DNA from: a bacterium | Lineage (GTDB): Bacteria; Hydrothermota; 32-111 | Direction: 5' to 3' | NCBI GenBank assembly: GCA_050239825.1 | Contig: JBFXGO010000019.1 | Location: 1-44,563, forward strand | DNA length: 44,563 nucleotides | Part shown: positions 29,305 through 39,539 of the stretch, piece by piece | How the letters are laid out: every line of letters begins with the position of its first letter | Numbering within the stretch: position 1 is the stretch's first letter | Translations under genes and position numbers: made by a program | Notes under the pieces: generated by a model | The model's input: only the letters and a program-made list of their open reading frames with translations | What the model was told of the DNA's origin: nothing | Database searches by the model: none

Positions 29305-30831
29305 ATGAAGAAAAGCACAGCAGTTGATTATGCTGTAAAAAACACATTTTTTCTCTATGTCGGCAATCTCGTCATAGAAGCGGTAAATCTTTTCATATCA
29401 GTTTATATTATAAGAAAACTGTCGGTGGAGACATTCGGTCTCTACAGTTTTATTCTCGGCTCAATGCTGTTTGTGCAGATATTCACGATTTCAAGCATTT
29501 CAACCATTGTCAACAGGTTTATTCCGGAGTTCACGGAGAAGCGTAAATTCTCACTCTTCAAAAAGCTTTTTATCTGTTCATATTCCATAGTCTTTGTCTG
29601 TCTTATCATTATATCGTGTCTGATATACTTTTTTGCAGGAAGATTCGGACTCTTCTTCAAACTGGATGAACTTCCCAAGTACAGAATTGAGATAATTCTG
29701 TACATGATTACTTATATAATGATGCTTCTTTCAAAGAGCGTTACGTCCTCGACAATGCTGCAGAAAGAGGCCGCTATTTCAAATATAACCGCCTCTATTG
29801 CGAGAATAGTTGCTTACATCCTATTTTTGCAGAGGATAGATTTGTCTGTGATATTCATGATAGAATTCGCTGTCAACGGGTTTAATGCCATCACTCAATC
29901 AATGGTGATTGTCAAGCATCTTGCGAAGAACAGGGTGAATGAATCAAAAGATAAGATAGAGAATGTCAAAGGCAGGATTTTAAGGTATGGATTTCTTTCT
30001 TTTCTGAATGAGATGGGAGCAGGAATGATAAATAAAGCGACAAGCTACTATGTGATTTCAGCCATGTCAAACAGTTTTTATCTGGGACAGTATTCATTCG
30101 CATACAAGGTTAATGACATATTCATGAAGATATTCCCTATCTCACAGATTTCAAATGTTCTCAAGCCGATTTTTTTCAGAAAATACATCAACAAGCCCGA
30201 TGATATGACTATCCTCAACGATATGTACATTTTTTTGTATAAGTTCCTGTATTGGATACTTTCTTTTTTCTGTTTTTATTTTTTATCAGTCTCCGACATA
30301 GTGGTTATAAATGTTTTTGACCCTAAATACACTGATTCAATAACCATTACAAATATAATTTTCATGTTTACCCTCTTCAACGCATTTCAGATACCCTTGG
30401 GTTTTGTCGTGTTGTCTCTTGAAAAACTGGAAATAAATCTTTTCAGCAAGATATTCTTTATTTACAATATTTTCGGCTCCATATATGCCATGAAATGGTT
30501 CGGTATTATAGGCGTCTCATTTGTCCTTGGCACATCAATTCTGTTTAAGAATCTTTTCATATTCTACGGCATAAGAAATTCAGTAAAACTCTCGACTCCC
30601 TTTGCCTCTATTACGAGGAGCTCCCTGTTGGGTATGGCTGTTTTTGCGGTCATCTTTTTCGCCAAGCAGAATCTTGATTTAAATCCTTTCCTGTTTCTAT
30701 TTCTGTCCTTCTTAACTGCCGCTTCTCTCTTTTTTGTTCTGTCAAAGATGATGATGCCGTTCAACATGAAGGAGAGGGAAGTAATAAACATGATAACGGA
30801 AAAAGCAAAAATGAGGTTTTTAAAATTATGA
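29305..30831 (+). CDS. wzx: Wzx-like polysaccharide flippase
   Basis: Roughly 12-14 hydrophobic segments, MOP-type N-terminus, locus context. Confidence 0.8.
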   Translation: MKKSTAVDYAVKNTFFLYVGNLVIEAVNLFISVYIIRKLSVETFGLYSFILGSMLFVQIFTISSISTIVNRFIPEFTEKRKFSLFKKLFICSYSIVFVCLIIISCLIYFFAGRFGLFFKLDELPKYRIEIILYMITYIMMLLSKSVTSSTMLQKEAAISNITASIARIVAYILFLQRIDLSVIFMIEFAVNGFNAITQSMVIVKHLAKNRVNESKDKIENVKGRILRYGFLSFLNEMGAGMINKATSYYVISAMSNSFYLGQYSFAYKVNDIFMKIFPISQISNVLKPIFFRKYINKPDDMTILNDMYIFLYKFLYWILSFFCFYFLSVSDIVVINVFDPKYTDSITITNIIFMFTLFNAFQIPLGFVVLSLEKLEINLFSKIFFIYNIFGSIYAMKWFGIIGVSFVLGTSILFKNLFIFYGIRNSVKLSTPFASITRSSLLGMAVFAVIFFAKQNLDLNPFLFLFLSFLTAASLFFVLSKMMMPFNMKEREVINMITEKAKMRFLKL

Positions 30832-31442
30832 TACTTGCATCATTCATTCAAAAGCAAAGGGAATTTGCAAGAATTCTTCGAAGCATGATTTTCTCCAAAT
30901 TTCTGCTTAAATCGGACGGGTATGTGAAATACTACTCTGTTCCTATTCTCGGCAATCCGAAAAATATTTCAATAGGAGGAAACTCAAGAATATTCTACAA
31001 TGTGATACTGAAGGCGAATAAAGAATCAGATTCGCTTATTATAGGCCATAACTGCGACATACACTCTTTTACCGAGATACGCGCATCAAAGGGCTATATA
31101 AAGATAGGAGACAACTGCTCACTGAATAATTACGGCATGATAGTTTCCACCGGTCCTATTATCATAGGCAATTCCGTCAGAATAGGTCCGCATTCTCTTA
31201 TAATTTCATCGAATCACATTTATGAGAATCCCGAACTTACAGTGCTTGAGCAGGGAACGAGGGGAACCGGCATAGTTATTGAGGATGATGTGTGGATAGG
31301 CGGAGGCGTTAAGGTGCTTGACGGAGTTAAAATAGGAAAGGGGAGCATAATAGCCGCGAGCGCAGTCGTCACAAGAGACATTCCGGAATACTCAGTTGCG
31401 GCAGGCATACCCGCTAAAGTAATAAAGAAGAGGGAACTCTGA
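30828..31442 (+). CDS. Hexapeptide-repeat O-acyltransferase
   Basis: IGDNCS, IEDDVWIG, IGKGSII, AGIPAKVIK. Confidence 0.9.
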   Translation: MILASFIQKQREFARILRSMIFSKFLLKSDGYVKYYSVPILGNPKNISIGGNSRIFYNVILKANKESDSLIIGHNCDIHSFTEIRASKGYIKIGDNCSLNNYGMIVSTGPIIIGNSVRIGPHSLIISSNHIYENPELTVLEQGTRGTGIVIEDDVWIGGGVKVLDGVKIGKGSIIAASAVVTRDIPEYSVAAGIPAKVIKKREL

Positions 31443-32563
31443 GGCAAATAAAGACGATTCTTATTATATCAAAATACTTTCATCCGCACGAATCGGGATC
31501 TGAGAAGACTTCAAGGTACATAATCGATTATCTGTCAAAGAAAAATTACAAAACAGTGCTTTTTTGCGCTTTTGGAAGCAGGGAAAAAACCGGAGCAGAT
31601 ACGGTTTTCTATACAATGAACAGCAATGTATTGTATAGATATTTTTCAAAGAAGAAAATATTAAAGGAGCTCGCTGATATTTTTATCGGCGGCATTTATC
31701 TTTTAAGGATATTCATAAAAGAGAGAATTGACACTGTCAGCGTGCATTATTCGGAGTCTTTGGGTCTCCCCGCGGTTTTACTTGCAAAAATATTTGGAAA
31801 AAAAACAGTGGTTCTTTGGCCCACAAGTTCTCTCAAACATTCCAAGATGACTGAAGGACGATTACTCTTCATCTCTGAAAAAATATACTCTTTCCTATCC
31901 GATGTGTTTTTGGCAAAGGGCATGCCTTCCGAACAAATGCGGATGTATTTCAGGGTAAAGAAAAACAGGCTGTTTGAAACAGTAAATCCGGTTGAGCAGA
32001 AGGATTATGACCCGGGGCTGTGCAATTTCAGCGATAAGAGACTCGGTGTCTATTATCTCGGCAAATACAATGATTTCAAGAGGCCCGATATACTTGTAAA
32101 GGCGGTTTCACTGCTTGATGAGGAGAAAAGAAAATGCATCTGTGTATCGCTTTATGGGAACGGCCCTTATGAAGCGATGATAAAGAATCTTGTCAAAGAG
32201 CTGAAGCTTGAATCCGTTGTGGCAATCAATCCTCCCACAAGGGATGTAAAACAGGTTATAAAAAACAATCATCTGTTTGTATATCCCTCCCTCTACGAGC
32301 CCGCATTCTCCCAATCGATTTTAGAATCACTCGGTAGCGGGAGAGTCGTTATATGCAGAAACACAAAGGGGGTAAGCAAGTATTTCAAGGAAGATTCCAT
32401 TCTCGGAGTGCTTCCGATGAATGAGAAGAGACTCTCTGACGCTATCTCATGGGTGATAGATAACAGAGAAAAGGCGGAACAGATGGCTTTGAAAGCCAAA
32501 TCAATCATTTCAAAAGAGTTTACTTTTGAGAACTTCATGAATCAGTTCATGGCGCATCTATGA
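31439..32563 (+). CDS. GT4 glycosyltransferase (start extended to CTG 31439; the ORF track starts at 31556)
   Basis: In-frame upstream KTILIISKYFHPHESGSEK is a typical GT4 N-terminus; FVYPSLYEPAFSQSILE. Confidence 0.8.
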   Translation: MRQIKTILIISKYFHPHESGSEKTSRYIIDYLSKKNYKTVLFCAFGSREKTGADTVFYTMNSNVLYRYFSKKKILKELADIFIGGIYLLRIFIKERIDTVSVHYSESLGLPAVLLAKIFGKKTVVLWPTSSLKHSKMTEGRLLFISEKIYSFLSDVFLAKGMPSEQMRMYFRVKKNRLFETVNPVEQKDYDPGLCNFSDKRLGVYYLGKYNDFKRPDILVKAVSLLDEEKRKCICVSLYGNGPYEAMIKNLVKELKLESVVAINPPTRDVKQVIKNNHLFVYPSLYEPAFSQSILESLGSGRVVICRNTKGVSKYFKEDSILGVLPMNEKRLSDAISWVIDNREKAEQMALKAKSIISKEFTFENFMNQFMAHL

Positions 32564-34872
32564 AAGTTATATATGTGAGATTTCAGGATTTTGATACAAG
32601 GTTTTACCTTACAAGCGAAAGAGAATTGGTGAGGGCTTTCAATGATATGAAAGTAAAAGCCGAGCTTGTGGGTGTGGGCAAAAAAAAAGATGAACCGGAT
32701 TTCGTTACTCTCTTTTCAGCCTTCGAGAAAAATCATCTTATCAATAAAATATTGATTTCTTTATATCTTCTAAAATATGTTTTTTCAGATGCAGTTGTCA
32801 TATTTGACAACTTGTCGTATCTGATGGCAGTGCCTCTTCTTCTCTTTAGAAAAGTTCTGAGCGGCAGGGTGAGAGTTCTCATGGATGTGAGAGGGATACC
32901 CGTAGAGACATATAAGATCTATGAGTACAGAAAGTACAACTCATCGCTTCTCTTTGCCAGAAAATTCATGGACGGAGTGACATTCATAACTGAGGGAACG
33001 CGGATTCTGACAGAAAGAATGATAAAGAGAAAATTCATTAATTACAGGATATATCCGTCAGGGTTCAATGACGAGATAATGAAACCGGTTGAAAGAAATT
33101 TAAAACTCTCAGAAGCTCTTGAAATCAATAAGGATGAATTTGTTGTTTTTTATCATGGTTCAATTTCGCAGAACAGAGGGGTAAAGGAGCTTGTGGAAGC
33201 TGTTGAAATACTGAAAAAGAAATACAAAGTTAGACTGTTGGTGATAGGCGGAGGAGACTCTGAAATTGTAAACATGATAAAAAGAGAGAAAGGGAATATA
33301 TTCATAGACCCGGTCTGTCACGAAGAGATTCCCCAATACATAAGCATCGCAGATGTCTGTGTTTCTCCTCTTCCTGACATACTCTGGTGGAGAGTCGCAA
33401 GCTCGCTTAAAGTCATGGAATACATGGCATGCGGTAAACCGATAGCTCTTACAAGGATGAAGGCGCATACGGATGTTGTACCGGATGGAGGCGAAGGGGT
33501 TTCATATTTTGAAAAGGTTACGCCTGAGGATATAGCCGCGGCTATAGAAAAGATAATTGTGGAAAAAGATTTGTGGCATGCGAAGAAGGATGTCATGGTG
33601 AATCATGCGCGTTCCAAGTTTTCATACAGAGTTCTTGCTTCAGAGCTTCTTGAATATTATAATCTAATTAAGTCCGCCAAATTCAGAACTTCGCAAACAC
33701 CGGTTGTTAAGACAGCATCTTTCGTTAAAACTGCTTTAGTGAAAAAAAAGAAGAATGTTCGCTTTGTGGCATATACAAGGATTCAGAATATCGGAAGAAA
33801 ATTTTATTTGACAAGCGAGAGGGAGCTTATTAGGTCTTTAAACAACATGGGGTTAGATAGCGAACTGATAGCTTATGGAAAGGGCAATGAACCGGATTTC
33901 GTCACCCTAATAAACTCTCCGTTGATGAATCCGACAATGATTAAAATTAAAATAATGTTGTATCTCCTGAAATATAGAGGCAAAAGCGGGGTCCTGATGT
34001 TCGACAAACTCGCTTATCTTACCGCTGTTCCCTTGATAATTTACAGAAAAATATTCGGAGGAAGCTTCAAGCTGATGTTCGACCTTAGAAGCATTCCTGT
34101 TGAAACAAAAAAAGGAACAAATATAAGAAAGTTCAAGAATGCCCTGCTCTTCTCTCATGCTTTTTTTGACGGAGCAACATTCATAACGGAGGGAACAAAG
34201 AAAATCTGTGAGAATCTAATAAGAAAAAGATTTGTTAAATGCGAAATCTATCCGTCCGGATTCAATTCAGATATCATGAAGCCTCTTCCAACAGATGGCG
34301 CTCTCAGAAGAAGCATAGGAATAGAGGACAACGAATCCTTGATTTTCTATCATGGTTCGTTGTCAAAAAACAGGGGACTGATAGAATTGAATGAGGCAGT
34401 CAAAATCCTTAAAAAAAAGCACAGGGTAAAATTGCTTGTAATAGGCGCAGGCGACGAAAAAATAGTTGAAATGCTGAAGAGAGAGAATGTTTTTATGGAT
34501 CCTGTCAATTATGAAGAGATACCCAAATACATCGCGCTCTCCGATGTGTGCGTATCCCCACTTCCCGATATTGTGTGGTGGAGAGTGGCGAGCGCATTGA
34601 AAGTCATGGAATACATGGCATGCGGTAAACCGATAGCTCTTACAAGGATGAAGGCGCATACGGATGTTGTACCGGATGGAGGCGAAGGGGTTTCATATTT
34701 TGAAAAGGTCACGCCTGAGGATATAGCCGCGGCAATTGAAAAAATACTCAATAATAAGAGCGCCGCTGATGAAGATGCGAAAAAACTGAGGAAGCACGCG
34801 ATAGAAAATTACACTTATGATTCGATAGCCGCAAAGCTGCTTGACTTTTATGAAACATTTTATAACGGTTGA
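32560..34872 (+). CDS. Tandem double GT4 glycosyltransferase
   Basis: Two homologous halves, each with FYLTSERE, FYHGS...RG and KVMEYMACGKP. Confidence 0.9.
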   Translation: MKVIYVRFQDFDTRFYLTSERELVRAFNDMKVKAELVGVGKKKDEPDFVTLFSAFEKNHLINKILISLYLLKYVFSDAVVIFDNLSYLMAVPLLLFRKVLSGRVRVLMDVRGIPVETYKIYEYRKYNSSLLFARKFMDGVTFITEGTRILTERMIKRKFINYRIYPSGFNDEIMKPVERNLKLSEALEINKDEFVVFYHGSISQNRGVKELVEAVEILKKKYKVRLLVIGGGDSEIVNMIKREKGNIFIDPVCHEEIPQYISIADVCVSPLPDILWWRVASSLKVMEYMACGKPIALTRMKAHTDVVPDGGEGVSYFEKVTPEDIAAAIEKIIVEKDLWHAKKDVMVNHARSKFSYRVLASELLEYYNLIKSAKFRTSQTPVVKTASFVKTALVKKKKNVRFVAYTRIQNIGRKFYLTSERELIRSLNNMGLDSELIAYGKGNEPDFVTLINSPLMNPTMIKIKIMLYLLKYRGKSGVLMFDKLAYLTAVPLIIYRKIFGGSFKLMFDLRSIPVETKKGTNIRKFKNALLFSHAFFDGATFITEGTKKICENLIRKRFVKCEIYPSGFNSDIMKPLPTDGALRRSIGIEDNESLIFYHGSLSKNRGLIELNEAVKILKKKHRVKLLVIGAGDEKIVEMLKRENVFMDPVNYEEIPKYIALSDVCVSPLPDIVWWRVASALKVMEYMACGKPIALTRMKAHTDVVPDGGEGVSYFEKVTPEDIAAAIEKILNNKSAADEDAKKLRKHAIENYTYDSIAAKLLDFYETFYNG
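33409..34733 (+). repeat. 134-bp near-identical direct repeat (33409-33542 and 34600-34733)
   Basis: One mismatch (33519 T / 34710 C); offset 1191 bp. Confidence 0.92.
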
Positions 34873-34896
34873 CATGAAAAATATTATAAGCATAAT
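34869..34896 (+). promoter_or_regulatory. Internal promoter TTGACA-N16-CATAAT, possibly giving a leaderless mRNA
   Basis: The -10 ends 8 bp before ATG 34905 and no SD is present. Confidence 0.5.
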
Positions 34897-34904
34897 TAAA
34901 TACC

Positions 34905-36881
34905 ATGAATGAAAAATTGCAGGGCGCTTTATTAAAAATAATCGGCGTAGTGGGAGTCGCAATTGTTCTGCTGTTCTTCGGACAGGCAGATGTTCTAAAG
35001 ATAGGCCTCATACTGGGAGCAATAATATTCCTTGTCGTCATTACAGAGATAAGACTTGCCCTTACGGCTCTCATTGTTGTTGCATTCACATTTAATTTTC
35101 TCGCGAATGTCAAAATACTGCCCGGTAAAATGCTCTATGCGTATGACCTGCTAATATATTTTCTGTTTTTGTACTCCCTGATAAACGGCAAGAAGAAGGT
35201 TAATCTCATTGAAATATTTGCTCTTCTTTACATCAGTTTTGTGATAATCTCTTTTGTTTTGGGCCGCGAAGTTCTTCCACTGAAAATAAAGGGGTTTGTT
35301 ATTTATATAAAATACCCGATACTCTTCATGACTCTTATGCGCTTGAATCTTGATTCAAAGGCATTCAAGGATTTGATAAAAGTCGTTATATTCTTCGCGG
35401 CGGCACAGGTGCCGACTTCCGTTTTTCAGTTTATGAGAGGAAATTCCGCTGATTGGTGCGGCGGGTTTTTGACAAGGTATGCAAGCGGCTCCAATGCAGT
35501 TCTGATGACAATGATGTTTCTTCTCATTCTCGGATGGATTATGGTCGATAAACTGAGGATGAGGTATGTATTTATGTCTATTTTCTTCATGATACCCCTT
35601 GTTCTCTCTTCGGCAAGGGCGGGATTTATATTTTTCATAGTCAGCATTATATTCATGTTTCTTGTCTATATGCTCCACATAAAATACTCATCGGCTTATG
35701 CGATGCTCTTCACAATTGTAGGAATATTGATTCTTTTGGTTGCATTCTACTATGTCCTGCTCTACATTGTGCCTATTTTTGAGCCCCAAAACGCCAATAC
35801 CGTGTCACTCATATCATCGCCTGATATGATAAAAAAAGATATGACTGGAAGGTATCAGGGAGGCCAGCTGAGACGTTGGAGCTCTGTTATGTTCGCTTAC
35901 AATTATCTTACATCGGATATTTTAAATCTTATTGTCGGCAATGGCCCGGGTACTGTGGCAATATCAGGTAATTTCGGATGGTCTTCCTTCATGCAGCAAT
36001 TTGAACCTATATTTGACCCATCTGTATCTCTTCCAACATTCCTTCTTGAACTTGGGATAGGAGGAGTAATCATAATGATTGCAATATTTTTCTATGTGAT
36101 TTACTTTTCCCTGACCAAAGCCATATATATCGAAGATAAATTTTTAAGGGTTGTCGGTTTTGCTCTTTCGGGAATATCGGTGATAATGATTTTTGCCTCT
36201 GTCTACACGAATGTGTGGGACCAGGAGGCTCTGCAACTTGTATATTGGCTTTTTGTCGCATCAATTGTGGAGCCCGCTTCGAAAGCGGTAAAGAAGGATA
36301 GTGTGACTGCGCTTCTCTTTTTGAAGGAGATACCGACAAATGAGAAACCTACCATATACCCGCTCGTTTACACCCTTTACAAAAATGAAATAAAAACATT
36401 GTATGTAGCGGGAAAGGAGAATGACCCAAACATGCTCTGGCTAATTGATAATATTAAAAGGTTTGAAGACATGAAGCTAAGGTGGATAAGAATTATAGGA
36501 TATGAATCATTGAGCAAACAGGAGATTCTGACGATGGTTCTAAATCGGTTCAATTCCGACCTTCTGCTTATTGATGGTTCAGACATGACTTTTGACTCAA
36601 GGGTTTTAAAGAGATTCATTGAGACACACAGAAACGCATACTCTTTAAGATTCTCCGACAAAGAAAAGAAATCATGCGATTATTGCATAACAAAGATAAA
36701 AAAGAGAAGCATTTCAAAATTTTCCTATTTTCTTAAAGGTTTAGACGAAGATTCGCTCAAAGATCCTATGACAGAGTTGTTTACTGCAAAAGAAGGGAAA
36801 GAGATGGGGTTTGTCAACTGGAGCTTCCTTCTGAGCAATGAACCGGAAAATCCTGAAAACAAGGTGGTGGAAAATGTATAA
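34905..36881 (+). CDS. Wzy/O-antigen ligase-like polytopic membrane protein with an extra soluble C-terminal domain
   Basis: Many TMs, LSSARAG, GNGPG, LLELGIGG; about 190-aa hydrophilic tail. Confidence 0.75.
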   Translation: MNEKLQGALLKIIGVVGVAIVLLFFGQADVLKIGLILGAIIFLVVITEIRLALTALIVVAFTFNFLANVKILPGKMLYAYDLLIYFLFLYSLINGKKKVNLIEIFALLYISFVIISFVLGREVLPLKIKGFVIYIKYPILFMTLMRLNLDSKAFKDLIKVVIFFAAAQVPTSVFQFMRGNSADWCGGFLTRYASGSNAVLMTMMFLLILGWIMVDKLRMRYVFMSIFFMIPLVLSSARAGFIFFIVSIIFMFLVYMLHIKYSSAYAMLFTIVGILILLVAFYYVLLYIVPIFEPQNANTVSLISSPDMIKKDMTGRYQGGQLRRWSSVMFAYNYLTSDILNLIVGNGPGTVAISGNFGWSSFMQQFEPIFDPSVSLPTFLLELGIGGVIIMIAIFFYVIYFSLTKAIYIEDKFLRVVGFALSGISVIMIFASVYTNVWDQEALQLVYWLFVASIVEPASKAVKKDSVTALLFLKEIPTNEKPTIYPLVYTLYKNEIKTLYVAGKENDPNMLWLIDNIKRFEDMKLRWIRIIGYESLSKQEILTMVLNRFNSDLLLIDGSDMTFDSRVLKRFIETHRNAYSLRFSDKEKKSCDYCITKIKKRSISKFSYFLKGLDEDSLKDPMTELFTAKEGKEMGFVNWSFLLSNEPENPENKVVENV

Positions 36882-37929
36882 CAGCATAGATGTGCCTTTA
36901 TTCATAACAATAGAGGACGATGCGCTTTTGAAAGTGAATAAGATATTTCGAAGGTCAAATATTTTTATCAATAATCCTATGATTGTAACTGACAAGGGAA
37001 AATCCTCTTTTTTTGCCGAGACTGTCAGAAGGGAACTGAAGATAAAAAAAGACAAGGTTGTCTATGTCACAGAGAACACTGATACTGAGGTCGCAAGGGT
37101 TACTGCGTATGCGAGAAAGCTAAAGGTTGATTTTGTGATTGGCATCGGAGGCGGTCTCGCTCTTGACATATCCAAACTGACATCATACAGATATGGAAGC
37201 TATTTCATCTCAATACCGACTCTTCCTTCGCATGATGGAATATCCTCGCCGGTTGCGTCGATAAATGTTTCAGGCACAAGAATGTCTCTTAATGCATCTA
37301 TGCCGGTAGGAATAATAGTTGACATTGAGGTAATCAAGAAAGCTCCCGTAAGATTCATATATTCAGGCATAATGGACCTCTTGTCCAATCTTTCGGCAAT
37401 CAAGGATTGGCAGTTATCCTATGAAAAAGGATATGAAGTCAGATACAATGGATTTGCAAGAGCGATAGCCTACTCGTCTGCAGAGAACATACTGAATTTT
37501 GACGATTCCGATGTTTATTCCGAAGAACTTTTAAGGGTTCTTCTGAATGGTCTTGTACTTTCAGGAATAGCGATGGAGATAGCCGGGTCGTCAAGACCCG
37601 CGTCGGGAGCGGAGCATAATTTTTCGCATGCCTACGATTTCCTCTATCCGCAAAACTTCCTGCTTCACGGAGAGAAGGTGGGCATAGGGCATCTTCTTGT
37701 TTCATACTTCAGGGATAAAAACGAATACTCTAAAATAATCGAATGCTATGAGAGGTATGGGATTCTGGAGAGTTTCAAAAAACTCAAGCTCGGAAGAGAG
37801 AATGTTTTGAACGCATTTGAGCATGCGCGCACGATAAGGAAGGAAAGATACTCTGTTTTGAATGAAATAAATATGACTGAAAGACAGATTTCAAAAGCAG
37901 TATCCGAGGTGTTTAAAAAAATCAGTTGA
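36874..37929 (+). CDS. Glycerol-1-phosphate dehydrogenase-like protein (dehydroquinate synthase / Fe-ADH superfamily)
   Basis: GIGGG.ALD..K, IPTLPSHDGISSP, SSRPASGAEH.FSH, LHGEKVG. Confidence 0.85.
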   Translation: MYNSIDVPLFITIEDDALLKVNKIFRRSNIFINNPMIVTDKGKSSFFAETVRRELKIKKDKVVYVTENTDTEVARVTAYARKLKVDFVIGIGGGLALDISKLTSYRYGSYFISIPTLPSHDGISSPVASINVSGTRMSLNASMPVGIIVDIEVIKKAPVRFIYSGIMDLLSNLSAIKDWQLSYEKGYEVRYNGFARAIAYSSAENILNFDDSDVYSEELLRVLLNGLVLSGIAMEIAGSSRPASGAEHNFSHAYDFLYPQNFLLHGEKVGIGHLLVSYFRDKNEYSKIIECYERYGILESFKKLKLGRENVLNAFEHARTIRKERYSVLNEINMTERQISKAVSEVFKKIS

Positions 37930-37932
37930 AAA

Positions 37933-39432
37933 TTATTTTCCGAAAAGGATTTTAAAGCCCTTTCTCATGCTGTTTAAAAGCCCCTGTTTTTTTATCTTAT
38001 TGAATGTAGAAAAAGAAATCAATCCTCTCTTTTTTCCTGAGCTGTTCTTTTCATCGACAATCTTTTCAACCTCTCTGACAAGCTCCCGGAATCTCTCCTT
38101 TGATATGTTTCTGCAGAAACAGTTCTCAGGGCTCTGATGGTTATATAGAGCGACATCAAAATTGTTGTCTATGAGACTGTATGTCTTGCAGTAATCGAAT
38201 GCCTCTGTTCCCGGATAGGGAGTGAAAATTGAAAGAACAATTCCGTCCGAGTCTGTTTTTTTTATGACATTTATGGTATCGCGAATCGTCTCCTCTGTTT
38301 CCTGAGGGAATCCCACTATGAAGAATGTCAGAAGATGTAATTTGTGCTTTTTGATAATTCTCACAGCCTCCAACGCCTCTTCAATGGTAATGTTTTTTCT
38401 TATATCTTTGAGTATTTGATTATTTCCTGATTCAATGCCCATTTGAATCTCCCAGCATCCTGCCTTCTTCATCAGGGCAATCGTCTCTTCCTTGACCAGC
38501 TTTACATGAAGTTCGCAGCTCCATGAAATTCCCGGGCACTCTTCTATGAGCGCTCTGCAGAGTGACTGTATATGCTCATCCTTTACTCCGAATGTGTCAT
38601 CAGCAAAATGAAGCACATCAAGACCCATCTTCTGCAGGGATTTGACCTCTTCAATAACATCGGGTATTGACCTGAATCTGACTCTGTTGCTCCATATATT
38701 CCTTGAGCCGCAGAAGAAGCAGTTGTAGGGGCATCCGCGAGTGGTGAATATATTGGCAAATGATGTTTTGGGATATTTCTTTGCATCTTTAAGCACATCC
38801 GTGTAATTCCTGAACGGGTGCGGCAGTGTGTCAAGGTCTTTTATATATTCTCTCGCAGGATTTTCAATGATTGTATTCTCTTTTCTGAAAATTATACCCT
38901 TCACATTTTCGAGATTCTTTCCTGTTTTGATTGTGTCAAGCACTTCAAGAAGAGTCATCTCTCCTTCACCCCTCACTCCAATATCTATAAATTCATTTGT
39001 AAAAATTTCTTTTCCCACCATTGATACATGGGGACCGCCGAATATGATAGTGATTTTTCTGTTAAACTCTTTAGCGAGACGCGCAATGTTGCGAGCTGAT
39101 GCGAAGTTCTGCGATTTCACAGATATGCCTATGACATCAGGATTATAATCCTCTATGACTTTTTTTACTTCAAGCCAGATAGGCGAGTTAATATTTTCAA
39201 GGGATGACAGATAATTAACAAAACCCTCTCCTGAAAGGTAACTCACTTTTTTAGGCTCGCTTGTGGGGTAAAAATCAGAATTATATACCATCACATCCCA
39301 ATCTGTATCTCTTTTCACAATGCTCGAAAGATATGCGAGTGATAAAGGAAATCTGTCGAGAGAGTATGTGTTTTTATACAATCTGTAAAAAGGCGGTTCA
39401 ATTAGAAGCAGTTTCATATTTCGGTCAGCCAT
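37933..39432 (-). CDS. B12-binding radical SAM protein (class B methylase-like)
   Basis: GGPH, GEGE, TRGCPYNCFFC, FADDTF, GIESG, TPYPGT. Confidence 0.9.
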   Translation of the reverse strand: MADRNMKLLLIEPPFYRLYKNTYSLDRFPLSLAYLSSIVKRDTDWDVMVYNSDFYPTSEPKKVSYLSGEGFVNYLSSLENINSPIWLEVKKVIEDYNPDVIGISVKSQNFASARNIARLAKEFNRKITIIFGGPHVSMVGKEIFTNEFIDIGVRGEGEMTLLEVLDTIKTGKNLENVKGIIFRKENTIIENPAREYIKDLDTLPHPFRNYTDVLKDAKKYPKTSFANIFTTRGCPYNCFFCGSRNIWSNRVRFRSIPDVIEEVKSLQKMGLDVLHFADDTFGVKDEHIQSLCRALIEECPGISWSCELHVKLVKEETIALMKKAGCWEIQMGIESGNNQILKDIRKNITIEEALEAVRIIKKHKLHLLTFFIVGFPQETEETIRDTINVIKKTDSDGIVLSIFTPYPGTEAFDYCKTYSLIDNNFDVALYNHQSPENCFCRNISKERFRELVREVEKIVDEKNSSGKKRGLISFSTFNKIKKQGLLNSMRKGFKILFGK

Positions 39433-39539
39433 TTACTCTCCTTATTTAATAATATTTAAGATTATCAGTTTTACAGGACATTGTCAAGATAAGAATGATA
39501 AGACTTGAAAATGAGAGGCATGAGCCACTTGCTTTTTGC

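Noticed and set aside
36874..37929. Archaeal-type ether lipid synthesis (egsA)
   Set aside because: No GGGP or DGGGP synthase in the window; the context is a polysaccharide locus
285..39449. Numerous short ORFs nested in or antisense to long genes
   Set aside because: No recognisable motifs, and they largely overlap well-supported CDSs
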